DNA of 64,000 nucleotides, taken from the NCBI RefSeq assembly GCF_001194135.2, contig NC_068990.1:89186260-89250259 (forward strand). Reading direction: 5' to 3'. Origin of the DNA: Octopus bimaculoides. Lineage: Eukaryota. Below the pieces are notes generated by a model. The model worked only from the letters and a program-made list of their open reading frames with translations. It was not told the DNA's origin and did no database searches. The position numbers and the translations under genes were made by a program. Below, piece by piece: positions 14,208 through 27,382 of the stretch (position 1 is the first letter of the stretch; every line of letters starts with the position of its first letter).

Positions 14208-16938
14208 ATCTTAAACCTTTGCAACTCCAGATATTGCATATTATATAAATTGTAACACACAACCCTTTATTTCTACCACAGGCACAAAACCAGGTATTTT
14301 AGTGGGAGAAAGGACTTGATTGGATTTTATTTTATCAACCCTCAATGGTTTCTGATTTTGACATAAGGTCAACAATTTAGAGGGCAAGGGATTAGTCAAA
14401 ACCACCAGCCCCACTATTTGACAGGTATATTGTTTTATTAACCCTGATATCTCTTCAGATTCTTTATGTTCTGAGATCAAGTCCTGCTAAAGTCAATTTT
14501 GCCTTTCATCCTTTTGGCACTCAATGAAATAAAGTATCGATCAAGCACTGCCTGTTGTTGTTCATTTTAAATTATCTTATTGCCAGTTTTTATAAAATTA
14601 ATTATAGTAAGTAATGTTATATAGATATATTAAAATATTTAGCTTCTGTACATTTTCAGGCATTTCTTCAAGTAGTATTATATAAGAATTCCTTTCATTA
14701 CAATTGTCATTTATCAACATTAGCAGAACTCTGCTTTTGTGTTGTAAGCAGAAAGAAAGGCCATGTGTGTGAGACAAGATATGTGTAATGTATCCATCAA
14801 GATAGAGCACTTCTTTCATTTTAGCTTTATATTTAGTCACCATCATCCTTTTAATGTTCACAAAGTAGATTTGTTAAGGCCAGATACTCTTCCTGTCACC
14901 AAGCCATACCTGTTTCCAAGCAAGGTAATATTTCCCAATGGCTAGACATGTTTTCTCAGAATATTGGAAATGACCATTCATTTACAACAATCACAGGTCA
15001 AGACACAAACACACACACAACAGGATGCTTTCAATTTCTGACTACTAAATCCACTCACAAGGCTTTGGTGGGCCCAGGATTATAGAAGACATTTTCCCAA
15101 GGTGCCATGCAGTGGAACTGAACCTGTAATATGGTTGGGAAGCAAGCTTCTTAACCACATAGCCACATCTGCGCATACATGTATGTATGCATGTAGACAC
15201 ACACAATTACACAAGTATACCTGTGTCACAAAGACAAGTTTCATTAATTACAAAGAATGGTGGGTGCATCTGTTCAAAATGACAGACAAAACCAATGATA
15301 AATTGTACTGAGTTTGTATTTAATAGCAAAAGGCTGAGACCAATAATTCATAAATTTGATTGTGCTATACAAGCACATCTCCACTTCTGGTTCACCGAAC
15401 GGTTGCCACTACTAGCAAACACATGTACCATTGATTTACTTTAATCAATCTTAACTATAAAAGGATTGTAAAAACATAAATGGGAATATAAATAATTTCA
15501 CTATCAAAAACTTGTTCTTGAAATACTTTCATAACGGGATTTTTTTTTTTAACACACACACACACACAGATTGATGAATTTATCTTTGAACTAACATGAC
15601 AAACAAGCAATGTCAGAAGTGCATGACATTTCCAAAGGCATCAACTGTTGAGTTAAACTGCTGGTAATGCATTTGACCAAACAATTAATGCTACAAAAAC
15701 ACAACATTTTAACCCATATTTTCGGATTGTATTCAACTCCACAATTTTTATCCTTAGTTATTTTATAAATTTAATTTTGACATTTAATAATGAAAATATT
15801 TAAAGAATAGAAGTGTTCAATAATGAAATTATATTCTCAGTTATGTCTTTGATATTAATCCCTGAGGCTGAAGACAGTAAACTGATGGAACCAGTGTTTA
15901 CTAGTAGTGCCAAACAATTTAATGGTAATCATAAAAATGTATATTTAAAATGATAATACATTTCCAAAAATAAATATTACCTTTGAATGATTTACATGTA
16001 ATTATCATTATTGCAGAATTCCTTTCACTCACTCCTTCCTCCTGTTTGCCAGTAACAGGAGAGTGAGAAACACCTCATCCTTCAACTCACTCTCATTTTA
16101 CTAGTCATTCATTCTTTATTCGTTGACACAGTATCCTAATCCCCCCTCTCTCCCTCTCCCAATTTAATGAACAAAAATATCAAGGTCATTATTTTATATA
16201 TGTACACCATGTGGCAAGCAAAGATTTATGGAGGAGAATGTCCATGTCTGTTGGAAGTTTGCTGATGCCTAAAAAGTCTGATTCAAGACAAACAAGCACA
16301 ACTGCAGAAACTGCATGGCTGATTAGGACTGGTTGTAGTGTCCTTGTTTTTTCTCCCTTTTCTCTTGTCTGCAAGAATAGTCTGCTTACAGGACTATGAA
16401 CCCGAAGGTGGGCAGCTTTATGCTAGGAGATGAGGGGTAAAAGTCTCTGTGTTAGGCGACGTTCTGTGTGTGTGTGTGTGTTTAGTGGAGTATTCTATGC
16501 AGTGTTAGGTGGGTATTGTCACTACTAATTAGTGGGGTTTTGTGTCTCTAGCATTCGCGGGATGTATTCTGTGTAGCTTTCGGGATCTGACGGGTATTCT
16601 CTGTAGCGTTTAGTCGTATTGTCTGTTTTAGGCTGTTTTGATGTAGAAGAGTTACATGACTATTCAAATATTAGAAGAGAGGGTGGAAGGTGATCAGGTG
16701 GAGCTGGAGAGCAATAAAAATGGTGGTGATAGGGCATTAAACATTAAAAAAATATAACCTTGCTAATTAAGAACTTAGTTGATCAGATATATAATTAAAC
16801 TCCAATATTATCACAATGCAGTAAATCCAGGTGGAATAAAAATGGAATGTAATAAAAAGCAAAAAAACAAATTCCACAGAGTTCATAATTTGATTATGCT
16901 TTACAGTTGTTTCAGTGGAATAAAATATGTCATTATCA

Positions 16939-17810
16939 ATCATCATCATTTAATGTCCTTGCTTCGTGCTGGCATGGGTTGGATGGCTTGACAAGATCTG
17001 ACAGGTCCAAGGACTATACTGTGCCCCACTGTCTACTTTGGCATAGTTTCTATGGCTAGATGCCCTTCCTAACACCAGCCACTTTACAGCATAGACTGGG
17101 TGCTTTTTACATACCACTTGCACTACTGAGGTTGCTATGCAGCTTGCAAAACTATGAACCCCAAGAGAGATGGTTTCATGCTAAGATTAAAATACAAGAG
17201 TAGGACCCAGGGTAGAACAGGTTTCTCGCTGCAGAGGGGGCCACATGGCAACTCACATTTCAGAGAGGGTGAGAGGTGACTGGGGTGGAGTGAAGAAGAG
17301 ATAAAAATAGCAGTGATGAAGCATCTGTGAATGTCAGCAGGGTACAAGGATTGGGAACGTGAGCAGGGAAAGGTTGCATGAGTGTATGGGAGAGTGAGAG
17401 ATGGAGTATGGGTAAGTAGGTGAGTAAGAAAATGAAGAACAAGTGTTGATAAGGTAAATGAGTAGGTAACAACTGTAGAGAAGGGGTAAAGTTGTGGGGT
17501 GGATGTAATGAATGTTGGATAAGGGATAGGAAGATGACCAATGATTACGGGGATGAAGAGTAGCAGAATAGTAGTGATTATACAGTAGACGGGGGGGGGG
17601 GAGATGAGATAGAGATTGAATTGGATAGGTTGCATGAGTGGGAGGGAGGCAAGTGTAGTGCATGGAAAGTGCGAGAAACACTTGACAAGAAAGGCCTTGC
17701 ACATACAAGCACAACCAAGATGGTTTTAGGACATCATTTTTGCATTGATGGCTGGGTCTTCTCAAGCACAATCAATTGCCAATCATCTCGGTCCATACAT
17801 GTGCATTTCA
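16939..17810 (-). mobile_element. RTE LINE 3' end, long pyrimidine-rich 3' UTR subfamily
   Basis: ORF2 C-terminus DRDDWQLIVLEKTQ near 17750-17800, then a C/T-rich UTR of about 700 bp, the family A tail and (GAT)n. Confidence 0.75.
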
Positions 17811-18059
17811 TACAGACACACATATATATAGATATATATAACAACCAGTGTTGGTTTATTTACATCCTCTTAATAGAAACTTAGAGGTCTGGCAAAAGAG
17901 ATAGAATAAATGCCAGGAATAAAAAGTAAGCACTGGGGTCAATTTGTTTGACTAGACCCTTCAAGGTGGTGCCTCAGCATGATTGTAGTCTAATGGCTGA
18001 AACAAGTAAAAGATAAAAGACACATATCCATGTGTGTGTACATACACACACACACACAC

Positions 18060-18385
18060 CATCATCATCATCATCTAACGTCAGCTTCCCATGCTGGCAT
18101 GTGTCAGAAGGTTGGACTGGAACTGGTAAGCCAGAGAACTGCACCTGGTTGCAATCTGATTTGACATGGTTTTTACGGCTGGATGCCCTTCCTAAGGCCA
18201 ACCACTCCAAGTGTGTAACGGGTGCTTTTTACGTGCTGTTTACATAACACTAGCAACAGCTGTGACTATGGTTTCATGGGTGCCCTTTACACGACACTGG
18301 CAACAGCCATGACTATGGTTTCACTTGGCTTGACGAGGTCTTCTCAAGCACAGCATATCGCCAAAGGTCTTGGTCAGTGCTTAAC
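18060..18385 (-). mobile_element. RTE LINE 3' end, short-UTR subfamily
   Basis: TDQDLWRYAVLEKT C-terminus followed by the family A tail. Confidence 0.8.
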
Positions 18386-18466
18386 ATACTCTAATTTGAC
18401 CACGCAAACAGAGAAATGTGGACATTATAATATATATGTAAATATGTATGTGTGTGTGTCTGTGTA

Positions 18467-18868
18467 TTCTTTTATTCTTTTACTTGTTCCAATTATTTGA
18501 TTGCAGCCATGATGGAGCGCCACCTTGAAGGGTTTTAGTCAAACAAATCGACCCCCAGGACTTATTTTTTAAGCCTAGTACTTATTCTATCAGTCTCTTT
18601 TGCCAAACCACTAAGTTACAGGGACATAAATACACCAACACTGGTTGTCAAGCAGTGATGGGGGGGGGGGAAACACAGACACAGAGATTATATATATACA
18701 TACATATATATATAGATATAAAAATATGATGGCCTTCTTTCAGTTTCTATCTACCAAAACCACCCACAAGACTGGTTGACCTGAGGCTATAGTACAAGAC
18801 ACTTACCCAACAATGGGATTGAACCCAGAACCATGCGGTTGGGAAGCAAGCTTCTTACCACACAGCCA
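18467..18868 (-). mobile_element. tRNA-type SINE (family D), near full length
   Basis: Head tggctgtgtggtaagaagcttgcttcccaacc...ggttc..tccc; tail ggggtcgatttgtttgac...aagtaaaagaataaaag; more than 10 partial copies in the window. Confidence 0.8.
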
Positions 18869-19309
18869 CAATATATATATATATATATATATATAGTTGC
18901 CAGTGCCACCGGACTGGCTCCCATGCAGGTAGCACATAAAAAACATCTTTTGAGCGTGGTCGTTACCAGAACCACCTGAATGGCATCCAGCTTTAGAAAC
19001 TTTATCAGATCAGATTGGAGCCTGGTGCAGCCTTCTGGCTTGCCAGTCCTCAGTCAAACCGTCCAACCCATGCCAGCATGGAAAGCGGATGTTAAACGAC
19101 GACAACGATGATGATGATGATGATATATATATAAATGCTTTCCCAAATAAGATTGCACTTCATTTTTGAAGCTCTGGTGTAGCCATAGAGTAATACACAA
19201 GTATTCAACAATGAATGCATTGCATCTTGGAGCAGCAACAAGTGTAAGCTAACGAAGTTCATTACATAATTTTCTTCTTCTCGATCATTTATTTAATTTC
19301 TCATATATC

Positions 19310-19600
19310 ATCATCATTTAACGTCCGTTGTCCATGCTGGCATGGGTTGGATGGTTTTGACCAGGGCTGAGGAGCTGCACCAGACACCAGTCTGATTTGG
19401 AATAGTTTCTACACCTGGATGCCCTTCTTAACACCAACCACTCCGAGAGTGTACTTTCATGTGCCAGTTGCATGACACCAGTATCTGCCGTAACTACGAT
19501 TTCACTTCGTTTGATGGGTCTTCTCAAGCACAGCATATTGCTAAGGGTCTCGGTCATTAGTCACGGCTTCTGTGAAGCCCAATGCTCTTGCCAATAAGAG
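19310..19600 (-). mobile_element. RTE LINE 3' end
   Basis: ALGFTEAVTNDRDP*QYAVLEKTHQTK* followed by the family A tail. Confidence 0.8.
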
Positions 19601-20455
19601 ACAAAACCAACCTAGTTATCTAGGTTACATGTATTGCTTGGTGGTTAAGAAGCTCAATTCACAACCATATAGTTTCAGGTTCAGTCCCATAGCACAGCTG
19701 TTTGGGGAGGTATATACTTCAACCCTTCATTTGAACCTACCATATCTGGCCAAAATATTCTACTTGTTTTATGTTCAAACTGATCAGATCTAGCCTCTCA
19801 CACCTACCCTACAATGTCATTGTAAAAATAAACAATCACATCATCATCTTGAAGCTGCAATTATAATGCAGGATTAATTCAAATAATGTGGATTAATATT
19901 ACATTTGATAGAATAAACTGAATGCTAAAATGTTAACCTGGGCCAAACAAAGCCTTGTGAATGAAATTGGTATAGAAATCGTAAGGAGCTTGTTGTGTGT
20001 GTGTACACGCATGTTGATATACCATACTTGTCAGTACTTAGTGACGATATTGATTACATGCCTGGTCACTCTGTACCCGGGGGGGGGGGGGACACTTTCA
20101 CTTCACAAAATGTGCTGGTGAAGGAAAGGCAACTGACAATGAAATGCAACTCTTCAGAAGTTTCCTCCTAATCTATGCCAGCATGGAAAAATGGATACAA
20201 AACAGATGCATATCTACACACAAGGATATACATATCATTTCAACTTCTACTTTTCTATGCTTGCATGGGTTTGCTGTTTGTTGAAGCAAATTTTCGATGC
20301 CCAAGTGCTCTTTATGTCACAATCTCTCAACTGTTTTCAAGCCTTGTAATATTTCTCTTAGTTATTCAAACATGAACATTACAATAGGTAGACGTGCTTT
20401 CACTATTTACATTATTTACAATTGACAGATATTTGTCCTCATCTTGTTTGTTGTT

Positions 20456-20501
20456 AACACAACATTTCGGCTGATATACCCTCCAGCCTTCATCAGGTGT
20501 C
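20456..20501 (-). ncRNA. Minimal type I hammerhead ribozyme, copy 1 (C15.2>U)
   Basis: gacac-CTGATGA-a-ggctg(10 nt)cagcc-GAAA-t-GTT-gtgtt. Confidence 0.75.
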
Positions 20502-20568
20502 TTGGGGAAATTTCGAACCTGGGTTCTCATTCCTAAGGTATTTTTCAATGTTATTATTACTATTACTC

Positions 20569-20642
20569 AGGTCACTGCCTGGAATCAAACTCAGAATCTT
20601 GGGGTTAGTAGCCCGTGCTCTTAACCACTACACCATATGCCC
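20569..20642 (-). other. tRNA-Ser-like Pol III head inside the Penelope pLTR (not a functional tRNA)
   Basis: A box TGGTGTAGTGG, D stem GTGT/GCAC, anticodon arm GGG-CTACTAA-CCC, B box GAGTTTGATTCC; acceptor and T stems are imperfect. Confidence 0.75.
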
Positions 20643-20671
20643 CTGGGCAATTATGGAGTGAATTGTAGGGC

Positions 20672-21222
20672 TTATAAATCTAATATTTTCCTATCTTTCC
20701 TTAATACCAGTTCCCATATGCTACTCGTATCTGCACTTGGTCTGCTTAGGAGGTTGTTGTGTTCTAGCATATGTGCTGCTTCTTTTAGTTTTCGTATTTT
20801 CCAGTGGGGTTCTCTGTCTATTATTTTAACTTCATCCCACAGGGGTAGGTGGTCTCCATTTTTCCATACATGATCAGCTATACCCGATTTATCAATATCT
20901 CCCCGTGTCACAGCTTTGCGATGTTCCTCTACCCTTATTTTGACGGGTCGGCATGTTTCGCCGTTGTATAACCTACCACAACTGCATGGGATGGAGTACA
21001 TGCAGTTCTTGGTCATATTCTCTTCTATTGGTGGTTTTACTCAAAGAAGATATTTGCAAAGTGTTGTATTACTTTTGAATACTGTCCTGTCATATGAACC
21101 ACATATCTTTTGTGTCTTTTTGGAGGGGCCTTTCACATAGGGTAAACAGACTGGACAGTTTATCGGTTTTATCCTCTCTTTTCTTCATAATTGGAGTGGA
21201 GAGTATGCTTTTGGAGTAGTTG
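20672..21222 (-). pseudogene. Penelope ORF C-terminus: linker plus GIY-YIG endonuclease
   Basis: CLPYVKG...RTVFKSNTTL...L*VKPPIEENMTKNCMYSIPCSCGRLYNGETCRPVKIRVEEHRKAV...SGIADHVW...WDEVKIIDREPHWKIRKLKEA; one in-frame TGA near 21035. Confidence 0.9.
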
Positions 21223-21231
21223 TTGCCCCAA

Positions 21232-21277
21232 GACATCTGATGAAGGCTGGAGGGTATATCAGCCAAAACGTTGCGTT
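21232..21277 (+). ncRNA. Minimal hammerhead ribozyme, copy 2 (G12>A, weakened stem I)
   Basis: gacat-CTGATGA-a-ggctg...cagcc-AAAAC-GTT-gcgtt. Confidence 0.7.
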
Positions 21278-24200
21278 AACAACAAACAAGATGAGGACAA
21301 ATATCCGTCAATTGTAAATAATGAACAGTGAAGTTTGTTGAAAACTCTATTGCTCAATGTCAAGGCAAAGGAATGCAAACATTTCTTTCGGTGTCCATCT
21401 ACCAAATTCGCTGAAGCCATTGGTCAAGCCACTGGTCAACATGAGGTTGTAGCAGAAGACACTCAAAGTACTGCATAGTAGGAGTGAACTCAAAACTACA
21501 TGGTCGGAAAGAAAGTTGATTAACTACACAGCAATAAATATACGCACACTTATATACACATATACATGCTATGTAGTAGGGATAGTATGGCTATATGTTT
21601 AAGAAGTTTGATCTGCAATCCTGAGATCATGGTTATACATAACATCTTGGATCATTTTCTAGAGCCTCAAAATTGACCCACAGTTTCTCAGTGAAATTGG
21701 TAGCTGGATTAGCCTTGTCCTTGACTCTATATTTAACAAATTAAGAATTCCATATTTAACATATTAATTTTCAATATATTATTATTTCATTAAATGTAAA
21801 TGGAATGAATTTGCATAGAGATAAGTTGACAAGAAGATGTTTGAGTTTGATATAAGCGCAGACTAGCCTGTATGGTTTGCTATCGATTATAAGTCACTAT
21901 GGGCAGGTGTCCTCTACTATAGCCACAGGCTAACCAAAGCCTTGTGAGCGGATCTGATAGATCGAAAGTCAAAGAAAATTGTTGTGTGTGTGTTGTGTGT
22001 TCGCGGGAGTGAGTGAGTTCATATTTCCCTCGTCTTCATTGGTTGTAAACAATGTCGTTTGTTTGCAGTTCTCTGCATAGCTATGATCAAGCAACATGTC
22101 TATTGTTCGATAGTCTGGAAGATTATTATCTTACTTGAAAACAGGAGGGAGCTGGTGTTAGGAAGGGCATCTAGCCGTAGAAAATTCTGCTCTTACCAGG
22201 TCCAGGCAAGAATGGAAAAGTAGATGTTAAATAATGATGACAGACTACATACACAGATACAAATATCTATGCATATGCAGACCAACAGATACAGTCGTAC
22301 ACGCATAAATCATCATACAGACATACATTACATATATATACATACACACATTTATATAGCTATATATACACACATTTTTATATCTGTCTGTCTAGTAATC
22401 TATCTATCTACCTATCCACACACACAGACACTAATATGTATGCACAGACATAATCAAACATGTCCATATACACTAACACAATTCTCTCTCTCTCTCACAC
22501 TATATAATATAAACATACATATGTATGTATGAATTAGAGTTAGTGTTGCTCAGTTAATTAGCCACTGCCAATTAATAGTGTCACTGAAAAAGAAATTGAA
22601 GGTAGCGACGGTGAAGATGAAGGCATTAAACAGTAAACGATGCTGTGTGAATAATTTCAGCAGCAAATCGTCTCTAGCTTGAACAACAATTACTACTGCT
22701 ACTATAACTTGAACAAAGCATGAACATCACTTTATCTCACTTCTACAAATACTAGAGCTGAGTAAGGCATGAACATCACCACATCTCAACCCTACTCAAC
22801 TGTAGATACGAGTTCAACAAACGCCTGTATTACGTACGAGGATGGACATTGTATAATCTAATTTAATCTGTCTTAGAAACCTGCGGCCTTGAGCTTACAT
22901 GTTGCAAAGAAAGAAATCATTATTATTATTATTATTGTTGTTGTTATTATTACAGATAATAGCCATTATTTACTATTAAAATTATTCCTGTTACACTCTT
23001 GCCATTGTTGCTGTTGCAGCTACTATATACTAAGAAACGAAAGAGGTGTCTTCGACATGCTAGAAATAGTAGCCAACCTTTTTATCAACTCACACCTTGT
23101 CTTAAAAAGGGGAGGATGTACTAATGCCTGAAAAAAATACGAGATGGTCATGGATGTAATAAGACTTTGATCATAGACTTGATCGATGAGATTTACCTGG
23201 GGTAATAATGCTTACAATAATATATTATTAGTAGCCATATTATTATATTATTGTGAAACAAGTTACTACTACATTAGAGCAAGCGTTATTACATCTATTA
23301 TTAACTATTTTTGGAAGAAAAACAAACATGTATACTATTTTTCATATAATTATTACTGCATAAACCCCATAACGTTTTCTAATTTATCCTTGTAATTTCA
23401 GAGGTTCACTTCGTCGTTTATCCTTCTGGGGTCGATAAAATAAAGTACCAGTCAAGCACTGGGGTCGATAGTATCGGCTAATCCCTAATTATCTCTCTTC
23501 TGGCTTTATATCTAAATTAGAAACCAATATCTTCTTGTGTAAGCCATTCTGATAAATAAAGGAAATCTATTATTGTTGTTATTTATATGTTAAAAACGAT
23601 TATTATTATTATTATTATCATCATCAAACTCCCTCCTAGTAATGTCTCAATCATTGCCCTTGAGGCAAATAAAACCATTTCCATTGTATGTGTCTAGCTT
23701 ATTTTTCTTATACAGCTAACATAAATGGAAACAAATTGGAATATCAAAAAAAATCAACAAGTCAGTAACTGAAACAAAATGATGTCTTGTCATTTCGTAG
23801 TCGACTTTGGTTTTACAAAAGCAGAGACCAAACCTCCACAGTTTAGTGAAGGCCTTTGTTTGTGAATAGACAAGACAAAGCCGTTTTTTTCCCCTTCCTT
23901 TTCTCTGTTAAAAATGTTATTTCACGTTTTGCTATTATGTGATATTTTAGAATCGATGAGAAAATATAGAGGACACAGCTGTTTTTTATTTTTATTTTAT
24001 TTGTATGATAACATTAAATGAAACAGTTTGGCCATATAGAGCATTTGTTGGACATTTCTACAGAGGAAGTAGACGAAACTGTTTATTCTTCCTACTACTA
24101 CTTCTACTACTCAGCATACTATAAATGCTTAAATATCCTATTTTTACATTGTGCCATATCAATATTATGATGGCCCTTCACCATCAACTACTTTCATAAT

Positions 24201-24919
24201 AGAGACAAGCCTTTCTCTCGCATGAGAGATATTCTTTCGTATAGGTTTTAGCTTCGAGTGTAAAATTCTAGAAAGATGATTTTCCATTTCTCTCGAAAAC
24301 AACAATAAAAGAACTAAATATGTTGGCTATAAACATTGACACGTTCCCGCAACAGTCTTCAAACGAGAAACCTTGCAGAGAAGTCTACATTATTTAGTTT
24401 CTATCTGAGAGAGAGAGAGAGAGTGAGAGAGAACGAGGCGTTAGATGGAAATGTTATTGTTGATATTTTAACCTTACATCACCAACAATCAAACAAACTT
24501 CAGATCAAAAGTATTCTTGACGTGACCATCTTGCTTTAAAAATCTAATATGAATACTAGTACGATTTAAGAGAGATCTGGCTGCTATTTCTAGCAATTCA
24601 GACGACCACACTGAGGCGTCGTTCGCTCGAGATGGTATTAACAAGGTGCTTGGTAAATACAAAAACTTTTTTTTACTAATTCTAAGCCAGTGTGCTTTGA
24701 TCAAGCAGAGGTACTGCCATTAATTCAAACGATATTCCCCGGTACTTGAATGGCACTTTATTTTATCGATCCCAGAAGGATGAAAAGCGTAATTTATGTT
24801 CAGAGTTCAAATCCTCACCATAAAGGTACGTAAATAAACATCGTCCACCACAAAGAATTAAAAGAAAAAAAAACTGAATAAACAATAATAATACTTCCTA
24901 CAATGAACAATGTTTAATA

Positions 24920-25058
24920 CAAGGTTATTACCAGTTCAAATATGCTTGAGGCATATTCGAATCCCCACAGTAGACAAATGGTGTAAATTTTGGCCCACGA
25001 GAAAAGACATTACGGGCTCGAATACGCCCCAATCGGATTTGAACTGGTAATAACCTCG
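24920..25058. mobile_element. 139-bp mariner-like MITE
   Basis: TIR c(a/g)aggttattaccagttcaaat (22 bp, 1 mismatch) flanked by TA within ttaata/tattaa; internal hairpin aatatgc-ttgag-gcatatt. Confidence 0.75.
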
Positions 25059-26392
25059 TATTAATACACATCACTGCTTAGCGCTGCCACCCGGTAATAC
25101 TTAATATGTTGGCCTCAATATGATAAACCCATTGAAATTGATGATGGAACGTAAAAACAAGTCACCTCTCACGAAACTACTCAGCTATTTTATATATTTG
25201 GAACTAGCACATTAAGACGAGGATGTTAAAGATTTTTATTCATGATAGGGAACATACCAGAGTTTTAAAAGATGACATACAAAATATTCTTTTTTTTTTT
25301 ATAAGCAGACCCAAATAAATACATTTTTTTAATAACTAATAACAAATAGAATAAAAACCCCAAACCCCAAGAAATCGTTTTAATGGTTTATCTGAACGAT
25401 TAATATATTTCTGCCGTAATTAACAGAGGAAATTATTTATGTATTAATTTATCAATTAATAGAGAAGTATAAGTGATAAACAACCAAACGTATGTTTGGG
25501 CCAAATGACTCTCAAAATACAAAAAACATGAACATATTCTATTTAGCAGTCTTCATTTCGAAGGTTAGATGATCGCCTTTAGGTTTTCGTAGCCAAAATG
25601 TCAGTAATAGTAGTTTATTTGTGTGGGTAATGGATATATATTATGAGAGTTAAACACTGTAGAGCAATGTTTTATTTCCTTTCTGTTCAGTAATAATCAA
25701 CATCAAACTGAAAACAATGAAGTAAGCTTTGATACGATGTAGCTAGCACGACCACCTTACTATAGTGTATGTGTGTGTACACAAATTATACATACACACA
25801 TATATATATATTAGACACACGTTTATACATACATATAACCCGACCACAACCAACCCAGAATATATAATTAGATAAAAGGATATTAACTTGAAATGGAATT
25901 GAAAGAGATAGAGATTTAAGATGTGCGTTTTAGACATGTGTTGAACACAACACATTCCATCTGAGACATAATAACATCGAGTGCTCGATAAAGTTTTTAA
26001 AATAAGTCAAAAGATTTAAAACTACGACGTTAGTCCATTAGTCTGCCCCATAAGTATGAAAAAAAGTTAAATAACTCGGGATATTTTACATTAAAAAAAC
26101 CCCATCTAAAATGCGACAGATATTAGAATTAAAATAGCAGATATGTGTGTTTGTTGTTCAGCTTTAGGTTAGCCAAGATCGAACAAACATATAATAAAAA
26201 GACAGTTCAGCCTTCATCATCCTTTAAATATATATAATCCTGGGTAAATCCAATGGTATACCAAAAACAGTGAAGTTTGGTTCCTATTCTAGTAGGTTCG
26301 AATCACAGAGGCTCCCTTCACTGACTCACAGCATTGATAGCTGTTTTGGTCTGGGCATTCTGAATGAACAAACCAACTTCCAACCATGACTA

Positions 26393-26438
<46 letters not shown>

Positions 26439-26875
26439 TCCTACATTTTTAAATGTGTCCTTCCCTATTTTTCTTTTCAATCCTCCAACAGGATAGAGTG
26501 TTGCTGCTATTCGGGGAAGATATGGGTTTGGCTGTGACTTCTAACAGGCTAAGTGACTGTGAAGAGACCCTCCTTAGTTCGTCAGAGCAAAGATAGTAGC
26601 AGTCTTGGTAGTGACTACAAGTATTATACAGCTTCGAGTCGAACACAATGTTTATGTTTAACAACCAGACATGATCATATACTATTAAAGTTAAAAGGGG
26701 GGGGGTATACACACATACACACACAGACTTTTACACAAATATTTAGTCATACACATTCATACATTACACCCTAACACGTTTATTATAAATATATAACTTT
26801 ATACACAAACATTATGTATTTATATACATTTATACATATACATTTTTATGAATAAACTTACATACTTCGTTTTTG

Positions 26876-26932
<57 letters not shown>

Positions 26933-27154
26933 CGTAATGAGTCTCCCAAGACAGCAAATATATATGAAGCTTCAAGCACAACACAGACCATAACAAAAAG
27001 AAGTACTTGATATGTGTATATATACACTGTGAAATCATCATATATACAATATATCTATGTGTGTGTGTGTGTAATATTTTCTGCTGCTGCATCAATATAT
27101 TACTACATATAGATAATCACACACACACAAATATATATATAGACACATATACAT

Positions 27155-27210
<56 letters not shown>

Positions 27211-27382
27211 CACACTTTATATATAAAGCTCTAGAATCACATAACAAACAGACCATCATCTCAACAGAAGGAAGTAGTTGATCTATGTATATATACGTTG
27301 TCAAATCATTACACTGATATATACATATTATATTATATGGTATTTTCTGTTGTTGCTGCTTTAACAATATATTGTTACTTAC

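Larger units (their letters stand above)
20399..21332 (-). mobile_element. 5'-truncated Penelope-like element (GIY-YIG) with a 3' pseudo-LTR and an inverted partial pLTR at the 5' junction
   Basis: GIY-YIG ORF relic plus an inverted repeat of about 108 bp (20399-20507 versus 21226-21332). Confidence 0.92.

Noticed and set aside
17135-17771. Three overlapping minus-strand ORFs
   Set aside because: They fall in the low-complexity 3' UTR of an RTE element.
20569-20642. Functional tRNA-Ser gene
   Set aside because: Acceptor and T stems are mismatched, the B box has decayed, there is no Ser-type variable arm, and it is embedded in a PLE terminus.
22769-26596. Two-exon plus-strand gene (MNITTSQP... 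joined to the acceptor at 26492)
   Set aside because: The joined product is short and has no homology, and the donor is weak.
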